Made by a program: the position numbers and the translations under genes. A model generated the notes under the pieces. It searched no databases and was not told the DNA's origin. It saw only the letters and a program-made list of their open reading frames with translations. DNA of 34,653 bases from a virus (taxonomy: Duplodnaviria > Caudoviricetes): the IMG/VR virus record IMGVR_UViG_3300006428_000005, positions 1 through 34,653 of that record. One strand, 5' to 3'. Shown here in pieces: positions 1 to 10,010 of this stretch; within the stretch, counting starts at the first letter, position 1; the number at the start of each line of letters is the position of its first letter.

Positions 1-174
1 CTTTTCCACTGCCTCATCCCAACTCGTACAAAGTACGGGGGTGCCGGCGGAGGCGGGAGATTCGGCGCTCTGCACGGGCGCGGTACCGATGACAAACGGA
101 ATGCCGGAATCGGCAACCACAGGGGTGCTGACGCTCGTTGCCTGCTCGGACACATAAACGCCATGATTAGCCAT
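1..174 (-). CDS. Phage tail sheath protein, N-terminal part (runs off the window)
   Basis: Translated by hand: MANHGVYVSEQATSVSTPVVADSGIPFVIGTAPV...; the HGV / GTAP start is typical of P2-like sheath proteins; SD GGAGG upstream. Confidence 0.85.
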   Translation of the reverse strand, partial: MANHGVYVSEQATSVSTPVVADSGIPFVIGTAPVQSAESPASAGTPVLCTSWDEAVEK

Positions 175-187
175 TTAGATTTCCTCC

Positions 188-544
188 TTATTTTGATTTC
201 TGCCCGGAGGCCAGCTTCCTGTAATTGACGTACAGGAGATTGCCGGGCGATTTGACCTTTACGCGGTCCTCGGCGATGGTTTCGTCGGGTACCACGAGGG
301 AGGCGATCAGCGGGAACTTCTCAACGGCGTAAGAGATAGAAGCAAGAGCCTCTTCCTTTGTACCGGTTAGAATGGTACCGTGCTGAATCACCCCTCGAAT
401 GGAAGGACCGAGGTAGACGCTAAAACGGCAGCTCTCCGCAGTCGCTTTCGCGGTCTTTGGAGGAGCTGCCTTTCTGGTTTCCACAACGGTTTCTTCCTCT
501 GCGGCCTCAACGACCGCAGGCTCGGTTTCTTTCTTAGTAGCCAT
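188..544 (-). CDS. Hypothetical phage protein upstream of the sheath gene
   Basis: Start reassigned to MATKKETE (ATG 544, SD GAGGTG), overlapping the previous stop; operon position. Confidence 0.75.
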   Translation of the reverse strand: MATKKETEPAVVEAAEEETVVETRKAAPPKTAKATAESCRFSVYLGPSIRGVIQHGTILTGTKEEALASISYAVEKFPLIASLVVPDETIAEDRVKVKSPGNLLYVNYRKLASGQKSK

Positions 545-1031
545 TGAGTGATGGCACCTCTCTTTCAACTGCCGGGAGCTTCCAAACGGAGGACATTTCC
601 CCGGCATAGTATGGCGCGGTGTCGTCCGGATAGATAAGCGATTCAAGCCCGGCCTGAAGGTCAAGCTGAAAACGCCTGTCGATCACGACCCGCCGAAGCA
701 GGCTGATGCGCAGCCGCTCCATGAGATTGAGCAGCATCAGGCCGCCCTCCTGTTCATCGTCGTTATAGACGCAGAAGATGGAGCGGACGGTCGCTGTCGC
801 GGCCACACTTTCGCCCTGTGGCTGCTCGTCTTTGGTTGTGATGATCTGGTGAAGGATATACGGAGCCTTTTTTTTGGCGGCTTTGCTGTCCGGGAGGCGC
901 ATCTTGTAAACCTCGGCGGCTCTGTACTGCTGCTCCGAATCGCCTTTTTGCATACAGATCGGCATAATCAGGTCACAGGTCACTTCTTCGGTGACGGTTG
1001 CCAGTGCGTCGAGCAATGCGTTTTTGGTCAT
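534..1031 (-). CDS. Putative tail terminator/completion protein
   Basis: 165 aa with SD GGAGG; position between the minor-tail-Z-like gene and the sheath gene. Confidence 0.55.
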   Translation of the reverse strand: MTKNALLDALATVTEEVTCDLIMPICMQKGDSEQQYRAAEVYKMRLPDSKAAKKKAPYILHQIITTKDEQPQGESVAATATVRSIFCVYNDDEQEGGLMLLNLMERLRISLLRRVVIDRRFQLDLQAGLESLIYPDDTAPYYAGEMSSVWKLPAVEREVPSLNGY

Positions 1032-1034
1032 CGT

Positions 1035-1610
1035 TTACCCTCCCCATCCATTGAGGACGCGCGTGATCTCGTGCTCAATGCGCGCTTCGTAGGTTTTGCC
1101 GATCTCTTTGTCCATCTTGTCCACCGTTTCCTCATGCGCGTAGAACGCCTGAACAGCCGACGGCCCGAATAGCTCCTTGATCGGCGTTCGTTCCTTCGTT
1201 TCACGTTCGAACACGCCGGTATGCGCTCCGACATGGGCGGTAAAGGCATGGTCGAGAAGTTGCCGCGCATTGCTACGAAGAACGCGCGTGGCAATGCGGC
1301 CGCTAGTATCAATCTTGGTATCGAAGTGAATTAGCGGGATCACATTGCCACGATATCCGAAGGTTACTTCGTAGGAGCCGCCGCTGTCTTTGACAACGGT
1401 GTTAATATGCTTCGTGCGGTTTTTGAGTTCGCCTTGCCCGATGGCGTATTCTTCCGAAACGATCTTCATGCCGACCGTCAGACCGTGCTGCGCCGACCTT
1501 TTGATCGCGCTGCCGACTGCCTTGTAGACGCCGCCCGGGATACCGGCCAGCAGCTTTGTCACGCGGTCAAGATGGTACTCGCCGACCTCGTCGAAGTATA
1601 CGGTGCTCAT
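1035..1610 (-). CDS. Phage tail completion protein (lambda gpZ-like)
   Basis: AF...GVFER..K.R.PIKELFGPS pattern typical of minor tail protein Z-like proteins; synteny. Confidence 0.7.
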   Translation of the reverse strand: MSTVYFDEVGEYHLDRVTKLLAGIPGGVYKAVGSAIKRSAQHGLTVGMKIVSEEYAIGQGELKNRTKHINTVVKDSGGSYEVTFGYRGNVIPLIHFDTKIDTSGRIATRVLRSNARQLLDHAFTAHVGAHTGVFERETKERTPIKELFGPSAVQAFYAHEETVDKMDKEIGKTYEARIEHEITRVLNGWGG

Positions 1611-1978
1611 TCATCAATCGCCTCCAGCTCAACGCGCAGCATGCCGATCTCGCAGACAGAGGAGGCGACGTAGAATTCCCGAAAGAATCCGCCGCCCTCC
1701 TCGTCGTTAATTTTGATACGCTGGCCCTTCTCCGGAGTGACCCCGCCCAGGTCCGCCGCCGCACAGTGAAGGACGGAGGATACAAGGTAAAGCCCCTGCG
1801 CGTGATCGGAAGCGGAAACAAGCTGCCGCCGGTCCTTCTCCTTGATGCCGGAGAGGACAACGGGAATATCCGTGTAGGTGGCTTCGTCGTAAATGACCGT
1901 TCGCTTTTCGGCGAATTTGTCGACGTCCAGAAAGACCTTCAGATTGTCGGCAGCCACTTTGTCCTTAAAGCCGCTCAT
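1607..1978 (-). CDS. Head-tail joining/closure protein
   Basis: MSGFKDKVAAD...FLDVDKFAE N-terminus; beta-rich 123 aa; synteny with the lambda FII position. Confidence 0.6.
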   Translation of the reverse strand: MSGFKDKVAADNLKVFLDVDKFAEKRTVIYDEATYTDIPVVLSGIKEKDRRQLVSASDHAQGLYLVSSVLHCAAADLGGVTPEKGQRIKINDEEGGGFFREFYVASSVCEIGMLRVELEAIDE

Positions 1979-2496
1979 GTGACCGGCTCCTCGGCGTTGA
2001 GCGCTGGCGGCGATTCTCCGTCATCCTCCCCGCCGCTGAAATATTCATCCAGCGCGGCTACCATATCGGCCTTTGTCATGCCGACATGGTAGGGAACGCC
2101 AAACTCATTCATGAGCGTGCGAAGCTCGTCGACCTTCATGACAACGCTGTAACCGGGTTTCGCCTGCGCGTCCTGTGTGCCCTCTTCGCCGCCGTTTTCC
2201 TCTGGCGTATCCTCGCCAGCCTCGCCGTCAGCCTCGCCGCCCTGTGGCGTTGCAACGGCCCCGGTGCCGGATTCTCTGGCATCGTCGCCTGCGGCAGCTT
2301 TCACGGCTGTACCAAAGAGCTGAAAAGCCTCCAGAAGTTCCGTCGCGCCCGCCATGGCGGCGACGCCGAGCTTGATCAGCCGTACGGCTTCCTCGTCCGA
2401 AAGTTCGATTGCGCCGTCTGCAGGGGACACGGGAACAACAACGCCTCCGTCCGGCCGGTGACCGTAGATGCCGTTGATGATTTTAACCTGCTTCAT
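1975..2496 (-). CDS. Hypothetical head-associated protein with acidic linker and C-terminal HeH/SAP-like motif
   Basis: Directly after the capsid gene; C-terminal MKVDELRTLMNEFGV...TKADMVAAL helix-extension-helix pattern. Confidence 0.6.
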   Translation of the reverse strand: MKQVKIINGIYGHRPDGGVVVPVSPADGAIELSDEEAVRLIKLGVAAMAGATELLEAFQLFGTAVKAAAGDDARESGTGAVATPQGGEADGEAGEDTPEENGGEEGTQDAQAKPGYSVVMKVDELRTLMNEFGVPYHVGMTKADMVAALDEYFSGGEDDGESPPALNAEEPVT

Positions 2497-2526
2497 TGGA
2501 ATCTCCTTTCATGTGTGTGCTGCCGG

Positions 2527-3594
2527 TCAGGCAACTACGTTGGCCGCATAAATCCAGGGGGACCGATTCTGCGGCGCGGCCAGGGGCCGGGACTGAAGAA
2601 TGATCTTCCGGGTGTTATTGGGCTGGTCGACAACGAACTTGGGCACGCGGCGCGCGGCATAAGTCGTAAAGTCGGTGGCTCCGTAGTCGATCTGGGTTAC
2701 CTGCCCGTACATCAGATGGCCGCTGTTCGGGGCCGTCACCATAGCGCTCTTGTTGGGGAAGTAGAGCGAGGTTACCCCGCTTTCATTGACGTACTGCTCC
2801 TTCACAACCCAGATGTCCAGATCGTAGCCGTCAAAGTTCAGGCGTCCGACCCACGTCACGCCGGGATAGCGATTCTGCGGTGCGATCTGCCCGAGCTCGA
2901 TACGGCGATTATCCAGCAGGGTGATGAGACCGGTGAAGTTCTTCGCCTTCTGCCAAACCGCTGAGCCGAGAACCAGATCGTTCACGGGCAGTCCCCGATT
3001 GGCCAGTAAGTCGCACATTGCAACCACATCGGATTCCATCGCGTCCCAGGTCGTCCACTGTGCGGAAACGGTGTAGGATGCGTCGTTGGTCGTGTCGTAA
3101 TACTGGACATATTTATTGCCTCCGACAGTGTTGGCGTCCATATACTCCTGCATCGTGCAGGCGTTATTGATCATGGTCTGAGCGCACATCCACTCTTCAC
3201 GGCGCAGAATCCGATTTTCGAGGTCGGTCAGATCCTGCATCTGAATGCGCGCGGCACGCTCGGCCCGGGACATGCCGGAATACAGTGCTTCGCCGAAGCC
3301 GCGCTTATGCAGGTCATCGACGGACAGGAAGCGGGACGGCGCGATGAAGGGCGGCTCGTATTCGCGGATAGCGTAGCCCCGGCGATCAACGGGAATATCG
3401 CCGATGCGCTCCACGACGAAAGGCGCCATTCTCCGGTCACCGTCGCGGTACTCGGTGAGAACCTTGTCAGCCGCGAAAATATCGCCGGCGCCGGTGGGGA
3501 AATACCTGTCCTTGAAGAACGACGCAGGAGGAACGATCTCCTCGTGAATCGCGATCAGGATGTAGGTATCGAAAAAATTAAGCTGTGCTGCCAT
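2527..3594 (-). CDS. Major capsid protein (lambda gpE family)
   Basis: 355 aa; FFKDRYFP, MAPFV, I.RREEWMCAQ and SRPL motifs; synteny. Confidence 0.92.
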   Translation of the reverse strand: MAAQLNFFDTYILIAIHEEIVPPASFFKDRYFPTGAGDIFAADKVLTEYRDGDRRMAPFVVERIGDIPVDRRGYAIREYEPPFIAPSRFLSVDDLHKRGFGEALYSGMSRAERAARIQMQDLTDLENRILRREEWMCAQTMINNACTMQEYMDANTVGGNKYVQYYDTTNDASYTVSAQWTTWDAMESDVVAMCDLLANRGLPVNDLVLGSAVWQKAKNFTGLITLLDNRRIELGQIAPQNRYPGVTWVGRLNFDGYDLDIWVVKEQYVNESGVTSLYFPNKSAMVTAPNSGHLMYGQVTQIDYGATDFTTYAARRVPKFVVDQPNNTRKIILQSRPLAAPQNRSPWIYAANVVA

Positions 3595-3609
3595 TTCGGT
3601 TTACCTCCT

Positions 3610-4008
3610 TCAGTTTTCAGGGAAGGCCGCTTTGAAGACGATGCCGCGCTCCCGCAGCTTGTCTTTGTTGGCCTCCGTGATGGTATACCCATCAAGGACT
3701 GTGACCTTATTCGGATCAAAGCAGCCTGCGGTATAAACCGCGACGGGTACGTCTGCGCTGGTCCCGATGTCTTCGTCATCGCAGAGAACGCAGTCCGGTG
3801 TCAGGGTGTCGCCCTCTGCCGCTGCAGTTCCGAGAATGTAGAGCTTACCGCTGGTGGTGGATTTTGCAAGCACGGTGCCGCGGACATAAGTCGCGGCCGC
3901 GGTCAGCTTCGCGACTGTTCCGCCTGCGGTCTGGATAGCCGGGATAATATTGGTGATCAGCCCGTCATAATCCATCTCGCCGATTTTGCTGTAGAGATTC
4001 TTTGCCAT
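3610..4008 (-). CDS. Head decoration protein (lambda gpD-like)
   Basis: 132 aa between protease and capsid genes; RGTVL, VYTAGCF, LRERGI motifs. Confidence 0.85.
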   Translation of the reverse strand: MAKNLYSKIGEMDYDGLITNIIPAIQTAGGTVAKLTAAATYVRGTVLAKSTTSGKLYILGTAAAEGDTLTPDCVLCDDEDIGTSADVPVAVYTAGCFDPNKVTVLDGYTITEANKDKLRERGIVFKAAFPEN

Positions 4009-4009
4009 T

Positions 4010-4519
4010 TTACTTCTCCTCCTTCTTGCCGAAGAGCGCCTTTACGTCGGCTCTCGCCTCCGCCATGCGCTGGCCGGGGGCCTTTTCGCCAGAGGGATCA
4101 TCGCCCTCCTGAACAGCGGCACCGACGCCGGCCGCTCCGGACTTCTGGTAGTCTTCTTTGGCTGCGGCCATAAAAGCCGTTCCGTTTTGGGCTGCTTTCT
4201 GCGCAGCGCGGTATACCATTTCCTGCGCCGTGCAGGCGGTTTCCCCGTACTTGGCAGCGTTGACGGTTTCGGCGTCGAACAGGCTGGCCATCTTGTCAAT
4301 GTCCTGAAGACGCTGACGCTCGGCGGCCACGGGGTCGGGAGTGCTTGGAGCTGCGGGCTGCGTGGGTGCTGCGGGAGTTGCGGGCTGTGTGGCGGGGGTA
4401 GTGGTGACCGCAGGCGTTGCGGCGGAGGCCGGCGCAGATGCGGCAGCTCTGGCCTCGGCCATCAACTGTTCTGCGAGCTGCGGATTTTCCTTCCGAAGCT
4501 CTTCAAGGTTTTTTGCCAT
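4010..4519 (-). CDS. Putative nested in-frame scaffolding protein (lambda Nu3-like), 169 aa
   Basis: Internal GGAGG-N7-ATG in frame with the protease, giving MAKNLEELRKENPQLAE. Confidence 0.6.
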   Translation of the reverse strand: MAKNLEELRKENPQLAEQLMAEARAAASAPASAATPAVTTTPATQPATPAAPTQPAAPSTPDPVAAERQRLQDIDKMASLFDAETVNAAKYGETACTAQEMVYRAAQKAAQNGTAFMAAAKEDYQKSGAAGVGAAVQEGDDPSGEKAPGQRMAEARADVKALFGKKEEK

Positions 4520-5353
4520 GGTTGTTCCTCCATTCTGGCTGCCGGTCTGTGCCGGCTGTTTTGTATTTGTCACAACCGGGGCCGAGGCCTCGGGCTTGAC
4601 CGTAGGAATGTTGTCCGGCGCAAACATGCCGGGCGTCAGGTGCATCTCGCGCCCACGAACAAACAGGCTTCGCCCGTCTGCGCTGGCTGCGATATTAAGA
4701 GGCTCGGCATCCTCCATGAGCTCGTCTGCGAAGCCTTTTTCAACGGCTTCTTTTCCGGTCATGTAGGTTGTCTCTGCCATCATGTGGGCAATAACGGTCT
4801 CCGAGAGGCCGCATTTGCGTTTATAGATTGCAACCTGAGATTTATCCCAGGCGTCGTTTGAATTCGCCATCTGCCGTAGTTCGTCGGCGTTATATCCGCC
4901 CCAGACGAGACACCAGCATTTGTGGATCATGACCAGGCTGGACGGATTGACGCGCACCGTGTCACAAGCGCACATGATGAGAGAGCCGCCGGACATGGCC
5001 ACACCGTCCACGATACAGATAAGCTCCGTACCGTTCGCCGCCAGCTCACGGAGCCGGTTATGGATCAGGATGGAAACACCGGCGTCTCCGCCGAGACTGT
5101 CCATGCGGATCGTCAGCTTCTTGCACCCTGCAACGGCATTCAGGTCCTCAAGGAATTCGCTCTCGACAATGTATTGCCCCTCAACGGGCTCATCAGTCCA
5201 CCAGTCCCTCGGCTGCTCTTCAACGATGTCGCCGTACATAGTAATCTCGGCGCTGTCTCCATCCATGGAGGCCATCGTGTAAAAGTCTCGTTTGATGTTT
5301 ACGGCTACGGTGCTTGGCTTGCGTCCGAACACCTTTCTTGCCGGAATGCTCAT
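4010..5353 (-). CDS. ClpP-type head maturation protease with C-terminal scaffold region
   Basis: DSLGGD, DGVAMSGGS (catalytic Ser), MIH, ETTYMTGKEAVEKGFAD; Pro/Ala/Thr-rich segment and helical tail. Confidence 0.92.
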   Translation of the reverse strand: MSIPARKVFGRKPSTVAVNIKRDFYTMASMDGDSAEITMYGDIVEEQPRDWWTDEPVEGQYIVESEFLEDLNAVAGCKKLTIRMDSLGGDAGVSILIHNRLRELAANGTELICIVDGVAMSGGSLIMCACDTVRVNPSSLVMIHKCWCLVWGGYNADELRQMANSNDAWDKSQVAIYKRKCGLSETVIAHMMAETTYMTGKEAVEKGFADELMEDAEPLNIAASADGRSLFVRGREMHLTPGMFAPDNIPTVKPEASAPVVTNTKQPAQTGSQNGGTTMAKNLEELRKENPQLAEQLMAEARAAASAPASAATPAVTTTPATQPATPAAPTQPAAPSTPDPVAAERQRLQDIDKMASLFDAETVNAAKYGETACTAQEMVYRAAQKAAQNGTAFMAAAKEDYQKSGAAGVGAAVQEGDDPSGEKAPGQRMAEARADVKALFGKKEEK

Positions 5354-6978
5354 GTTTGTTTGCCTCCTTCGCTATTCTGATCGTCGTCCGGATCGTCATC
5401 CGGGTCATCCTTTGAAACTGTGTCAACGGCTGCCTGGCCACCGCCGGCCGCGCGGATCTTTTCATTCTCAAGCCGCAGCTGCTCCACATTGCTGTCCCAG
5501 TCGCCGCCGCCCATTTCGCGCGTAACCTGGGCATGTGTTTTGAAGCCATTATTCACCGTAATGACTGCAGCGTCGGCCTCCTTCTTGGGATCAAGCTGCC
5601 CTTGCACCGGACCAATCCAGCGTGCGCCGCACCATGCTGCCCGAATACGCGGATCAACGAAAAACCCCGGGGCCTTGATACGCCCCAGGGCCACGGCCTC
5701 GGCAAGCCAAATCTCATAAACGGGCTGGCAGAAATCATCCACGAACCACTTGCGGCGCATCCGGAACGCCTCCCAGGCTTCCAGCAGCGCGGCCCTTGAT
5801 GCCGAATAGGAGCTGTTATACTCCTTGATCAGCACGTCGTAGGGGAGTTCCAGCGCCGCGCCCACAAGACGGCAAATCGTCTTGACAAAGCTCTCAAATC
5901 CGGTGGTCGGCACATTCGGACTGCCAAACTTGATATCCTCTCCGTCCTCCAGGTGAGCGACGGTACCCGGCCCCATCTCATATTCGTTTTGGCTCTCGGA
6001 AACATTCTCCGGCTCCTCGCCGGGCACGCCGACAATGTCGCCGCCGCCTGTCTCATTCAACGGAATGTCAGTCGGGTCCGTCTTCGTCGTGATCCACGCA
6101 GTGAAGAAGGACTGGACGAGCGCCGCCATGAGCTCACTTTCGGTGTATCTGCGGAGTTGCAACAGGGGTTCAATGACCTGCGCGAGGTAGGTAACGCCGC
6201 GATACTGGTCACACCGCTCGCTGTCCATGACGTGCAGGATGTTCGGAAGCCCGGTTTTCCGACCGTAAGCCTCCACTCGCGTCCACATCGTTTGGTCTCC
6301 GGTGATCTGCCCGGGGTAAGTGTTACGGATGTAATAGGCCACGATCATGCCGTTGGCGTCAACCTCAACGCCGTCATAAATTTTGTTTCCATTGTCCGGG
6401 TTCACGCCGTCCGTAAAACGCGGCGACGGCGTGACGGTGCTGCCGTAGTCAATCGGAGTGCTTACCCGGTCAGCCTCAATCAGATGCAAGCGCAGGGAAT
6501 AGGGATTTGTGGGCTTCGGGTCAACGCGCTTGATCACCGGGAACACGTCCCCGCTCATCAGCCACGATTTCAGGGCAAGCTGCTGCATCCCCTCAAAGTT
6601 GTTGACGCCGGTCGCGTCACAGTTTTCTTTTTTCGAGGCCCACAACCTGAATTCTGCTTCCGTGGTTTGCTGCCACGCTTTGGCCTCCTCCGGGGAAAGA
6701 CCAACGAGTTCCCGAGTGACGGCACTCTGAAACTGGAGTCCGGTGCCGATGACTTTCGTCCGGTTCGTATTAATGGCGGATGTAGCAACCGGCGACGCCA
6801 TGTAAAGCATCCGACCGCGCTGCCGGAGCGTTGCGTTGTTCCAGTTGATATCCTCATTCGGCGATCCGCTGCGCGCTATAAATCCTTTGAGCGCCCGGCG
6901 GATCTCGCTTGCCCCTGCCTCGCTGTAGCCTTTTGCTTTTGGGGTACTTGCGCGCCGGGTTGTTTTGTGATTGCTCAA
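5350..6978 (-). CDS. Phage portal protein, lambda family
   Basis: 542 aa, TTG start; LRQRGRMLY, QYRGV, NSSYSASRAALLEAW, DPKKE motifs. Confidence 0.95.
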   Translation of the reverse strand: MSNHKTTRRASTPKAKGYSEAGASEIRRALKGFIARSGSPNEDINWNNATLRQRGRMLYMASPVATSAINTNRTKVIGTGLQFQSAVTRELVGLSPEEAKAWQQTTEAEFRLWASKKENCDATGVNNFEGMQQLALKSWLMSGDVFPVIKRVDPKPTNPYSLRLHLIEADRVSTPIDYGSTVTPSPRFTDGVNPDNGNKIYDGVEVDANGMIVAYYIRNTYPGQITGDQTMWTRVEAYGRKTGLPNILHVMDSERCDQYRGVTYLAQVIEPLLQLRRYTESELMAALVQSFFTAWITTKTDPTDIPLNETGGGDIVGVPGEEPENVSESQNEYEMGPGTVAHLEDGEDIKFGSPNVPTTGFESFVKTICRLVGAALELPYDVLIKEYNSSYSASRAALLEAWEAFRMRRKWFVDDFCQPVYEIWLAEAVALGRIKAPGFFVDPRIRAAWCGARWIGPVQGQLDPKKEADAAVITVNNGFKTHAQVTREMGGGDWDSNVEQLRLENEKIRAAGGGQAAVDTVSKDDPDDDPDDDQNSEGGKQT

Positions 6979-7008
6979 TGCTTATCGCCTCCGATCATCA
7001 TAAAATAA

Positions 7009-7055
7009 CCGGGCGGCCCGTTGGCGAAAGGAGCAAACTCCAACGGGCCGTCCGG
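7009..7055 (-). promoter_or_regulatory. 16-bp hairpin with anti-SD-like loop, followed by UUAUUUU (terminator/attenuator-like)
   Basis: ccgggcggcccgttgg (7009-7024) and ccaacgggccgtccgg (7040-7055) form an inverted repeat with 1 mismatch. Confidence 0.6.
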
Positions 7056-7082
7056 GGTAAAGCCCTTTCGGGCATGTACCCA

Positions 7083-7340
7083 TTACCAATTTCGCGGCAC
7101 GATGCCGAAAGCCTTTCTCGGCTTCCTCCCGGCCACCATTGCCGTGAGCTCGTCGACCTTGCGCTCGGCCTCCTCAATCTCGTTAAGCAGGGTATCGAGG
7201 TCAAAGCTTGTCAGAGAGCGGTCATCAATCGTGTAGCTTTTTACGCCGCCGTCTACCAAAGCCAGGTAGGCGGCGCGCTTTTTCGAGAGCGCGGATTTCC
7301 AGAAATCCAGCCGCGCCTGAAGTTCAACTTTATCTGCCAT
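7083..7340 (-). CDS. Head-tail adaptor, gpW-like
   Basis: 85 aa between terL and portal; GGVKSYTIDDRSLT motif; SD AAGGAG. Confidence 0.85.
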   Translation of the reverse strand: MADKVELQARLDFWKSALSKKRAAYLALVDGGVKSYTIDDRSLTSFDLDTLLNEIEEAERKVDELTAMVAGRKPRKAFGIVPRNW

Positions 7341-7352
7341 CAGGATCACTCC

Positions 7353-9317
7353 TTACCAATCGTCATAATATTTTTTGAGTGCGCTGCGCTTGGGCTTTTT
7401 CTTGACGTTCTTTCGGGCGGGCTCGGCCTGCGGGGCCTGGACCGCAGCCGAAATATGCTGCACCTCGTTTTTGGCCGCCTTGAGCCGCTTGTCGGTGGCG
7501 TCCAGATCCTTCGGCAGCGCCTTGAACGCCGCCAGCGCGTAGTTCCGGCAGTCGAGCGCTTCGTTTCGCTCGTGGCCGGGGATTTTCTCCCATTGCCACG
7601 GTTTTTTGTGCTCCGGTTTATAAACAAGCCGCTCGGAGAGCAGCCCGGTAAAAAAAGCGGGACCATAATCGTCCCGCTTAGGAAAGTGACAGTATTTCGC
7701 CCCCGGCTCTTTCACTTTTAGATCGTCCATGATGATCAGCTTGCCGGCGTCGACACCGAGCTGGTATTGCCAGCAGGTACCGATCTGCACCTTCTGTTCA
7801 TCGACGATCTTTTGCTTTTTCGGAGGTGCCGTATAAGGAACGCCGTCTCCATTCATGCCCTTGATGGCGAACACCTTTTTGCCGAGGCGCGCCCGGCATT
7901 GCAGTCGGACGGCCTGGGTGAAGTGGCCGCCCTCGTCGACGAATGTGATTGAGACGCGCAGACCGGCGCCGCAACGGAACCGGTAGACATGATCAATCAC
8001 GTCGTCCAACCGTGCCCACACGGCGGGATCGTCCGGCCGCCCCATGATGATGCCCTTCTGAATGCCCCAGTTCTCTTCAAAATGGCCCCAGCCGATCACC
8101 TCGTACTCGAGCCGGTCATCCTGGGTGTCGACGCCGCAGGTCAAAAGGAGCACGCCTTCCGGAAGCTCCACAGGGGAGCCGTCCTCGCGCTCGCCGTAGT
8201 CCTCGCGGTGTTTAAGAAAACTGTCCTCGTCTTCCAGATCGCCGCGGTCCTCCCACAGTTCACCGAAGCGGGTGTTGTAAACGACCTGCATTTTTGCCGA
8301 GCTTCCGATGGCGTAAAGATACTCCAAAATGGTCGATTCCCAGGATGCCCAGGGACTGATAAAGGAGTTGAGCCAAAAAGAACGGACGCCCCGTTCGTAG
8401 GCGTCCGGATTTTCCGCGATCCATTTGGCGGGTTGCTTTTTCATTGTCCGTTCTTCGGATACGCAGGCACATTCCGGACAGACATACCAGATCTCGGTTA
8501 CCTTGTATTGCTTCTTGTGATTGACGATCTTTTCTTCTTTTTCAAATCGGATATCAGCGAAGCGAATATCATGGTAGCCGCCGCAATGCGGACACTGAAC
8601 ACACCAGCGCTCCATCGTGCCTTCGGCAAATGAATCTTCTATGGCGCTGGCGCCCTTGATGGTGGGGGTGGAAACCTCCACGGCTTTTGCGTTGTAAAAC
8701 GTAATCTGCCGGGCCATGGCCAGCTTCCACGGGTCGCCCTCCTTGCCGGCCGACACAGACCAGCGGTCCCGTTCATCGCCGATTACATAACGGATTGGCT
8801 TGGATGCCAGGGAGTGGGCCTCTGTGGAACCGCACATCGTAAGGATGCCGCCGGGATACGTTTTCTGAAGAATGGTGTTGTTGCTGTCCCTGCTTTTGGG
8901 ACTGGCTACTTTTCTGCGGAGCGTAGGGCAATCTCGAATCATCGGCGCGATACGGAGCTTTGAATATTCCTTGGCGTCGATGGTTGTCGGATGCACAAAG
9001 AGAATGCTGCTCGGGTCCTCGTCGATGATGTAGCCGATGATGTTGTTCTCGAATTCAGACTTGCCGATCTGAGAAGAGGAAACAAGGATGATGCGCCGCA
9101 CCCTCGGGTCGGTGAACGCATCCAGCGGATCGCGCAGGTACGGCGTTCGATCTACTCTCCACGGCCCGGTTTCGGCGCTGCTCTCGGTGGACAGACGGCG
9201 GTTATCCTCCGCCCATTTGGTAACGGTCAAATCTTCGGGCGGTTTCATGCCAGCCAGAGCTTTTGCAATTGCAATGTTCAGCCGGAGGGCGTCGTTGTTA
9301 CTCGTCATCCTCGTCAC
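7353..9317 (-). CDS. terL: Terminase large subunit (lambda GpA family)
   Basis: RTPY, Walker A SSQIGKSE, Walker B VIGDERD, STPT, CPHC zinc motif, GVDTQDDRLE nuclease domain, RNEALDC. Confidence 0.97.
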   Translation of the reverse strand: MTRMTSNNDALRLNIAIAKALAGMKPPEDLTVTKWAEDNRRLSTESSAETGPWRVDRTPYLRDPLDAFTDPRVRRIILVSSSQIGKSEFENNIIGYIIDEDPSSILFVHPTTIDAKEYSKLRIAPMIRDCPTLRRKVASPKSRDSNNTILQKTYPGGILTMCGSTEAHSLASKPIRYVIGDERDRWSVSAGKEGDPWKLAMARQITFYNAKAVEVSTPTIKGASAIEDSFAEGTMERWCVQCPHCGGYHDIRFADIRFEKEEKIVNHKKQYKVTEIWYVCPECACVSEERTMKKQPAKWIAENPDAYERGVRSFWLNSFISPWASWESTILEYLYAIGSSAKMQVVYNTRFGELWEDRGDLEDEDSFLKHREDYGEREDGSPVELPEGVLLLTCGVDTQDDRLEYEVIGWGHFEENWGIQKGIIMGRPDDPAVWARLDDVIDHVYRFRCGAGLRVSITFVDEGGHFTQAVRLQCRARLGKKVFAIKGMNGDGVPYTAPPKKQKIVDEQKVQIGTCWQYQLGVDAGKLIIMDDLKVKEPGAKYCHFPKRDDYGPAFFTGLLSERLVYKPEHKKPWQWEKIPGHERNEALDCRNYALAAFKALPKDLDATDKRLKAAKNEVQHISAAVQAPQAEPARKNVKKKPKRSALKKYYDDW

Positions 9318-9891
9318 GCCCGTTCATCACATCCCAGTTCTGCCGCTCTCGGACGCGCTCCTCGTACTTTTTAGGATCATAGCGGTAATTGGCCATCTCC
9401 GCCATAATCTTGAAAACCTCTTTGCGGATGACGTCGGCTGCTTCTGCAGGACTGGAAATGTTGGATACGTCGACGGCCAGGCGACCGGGAAGCGCGATCA
9501 GCATTCCGCGGACGGAATAGATTAAATCTTCGGTCATGGACGCGACGTCCTCGCTGCGGTGCATCTTGCCCTGCAGCTCCTTGACCTCCAGCTCGGCAAT
9601 GTCCGCCTTGGCCTGTTTTAGTCTGACCTCGGCGCTGAGCTTGCTGTTCTCCGCTTCCGGGTTGCCCTTATCTTCACGCCCGGCCGCCTTGCTCCGAAGG
9701 TAATTGCAATAAGCTCTCGTGGCTTCGACCACGTTATAGCGCGGCCCGGCTTTCGTCTGGTGCTTCCGTAGCACGCCGTCGCGGGTAAGCTGGCCTATCC
9801 ATTGACTTGTTATGTCAAAAAGGTTTGCTAATACCGACGTTTTACAGTATCCCGGTTCTTCCTGGACCGGTTCTTTTTTCGGCGTAGCCAT
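9298..9891 (-). CDS. terS: Terminase small subunit (Nu1-like wHTH plus coiled coil)
   Basis: LANLFDITSQWIGQLTRDGVL HTH; coiled coil; immediately upstream of terL. Confidence 0.88.
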   Translation of the reverse strand: MATPKKEPVQEEPGYCKTSVLANLFDITSQWIGQLTRDGVLRKHQTKAGPRYNVVEATRAYCNYLRSKAAGREDKGNPEAENSKLSAEVRLKQAKADIAELEVKELQGKMHRSEDVASMTEDLIYSVRGMLIALPGRLAVDVSNISSPAEAADVIRKEVFKIMAEMANYRYDPKKYEERVRERQNWDVMNGRDEDDE

Positions 9892-10010
9892 AGAAACTCA
9901 CTCCCTTTCTGCATGGATATCAGGCAAATATCAGTTGCCTTCGCGGCCGTTTCGCTTCGCTTTTTCCTCAATTTTGGGGGATTTTATGCCCCAACAAGGA
10001 AAGTCCAAGA

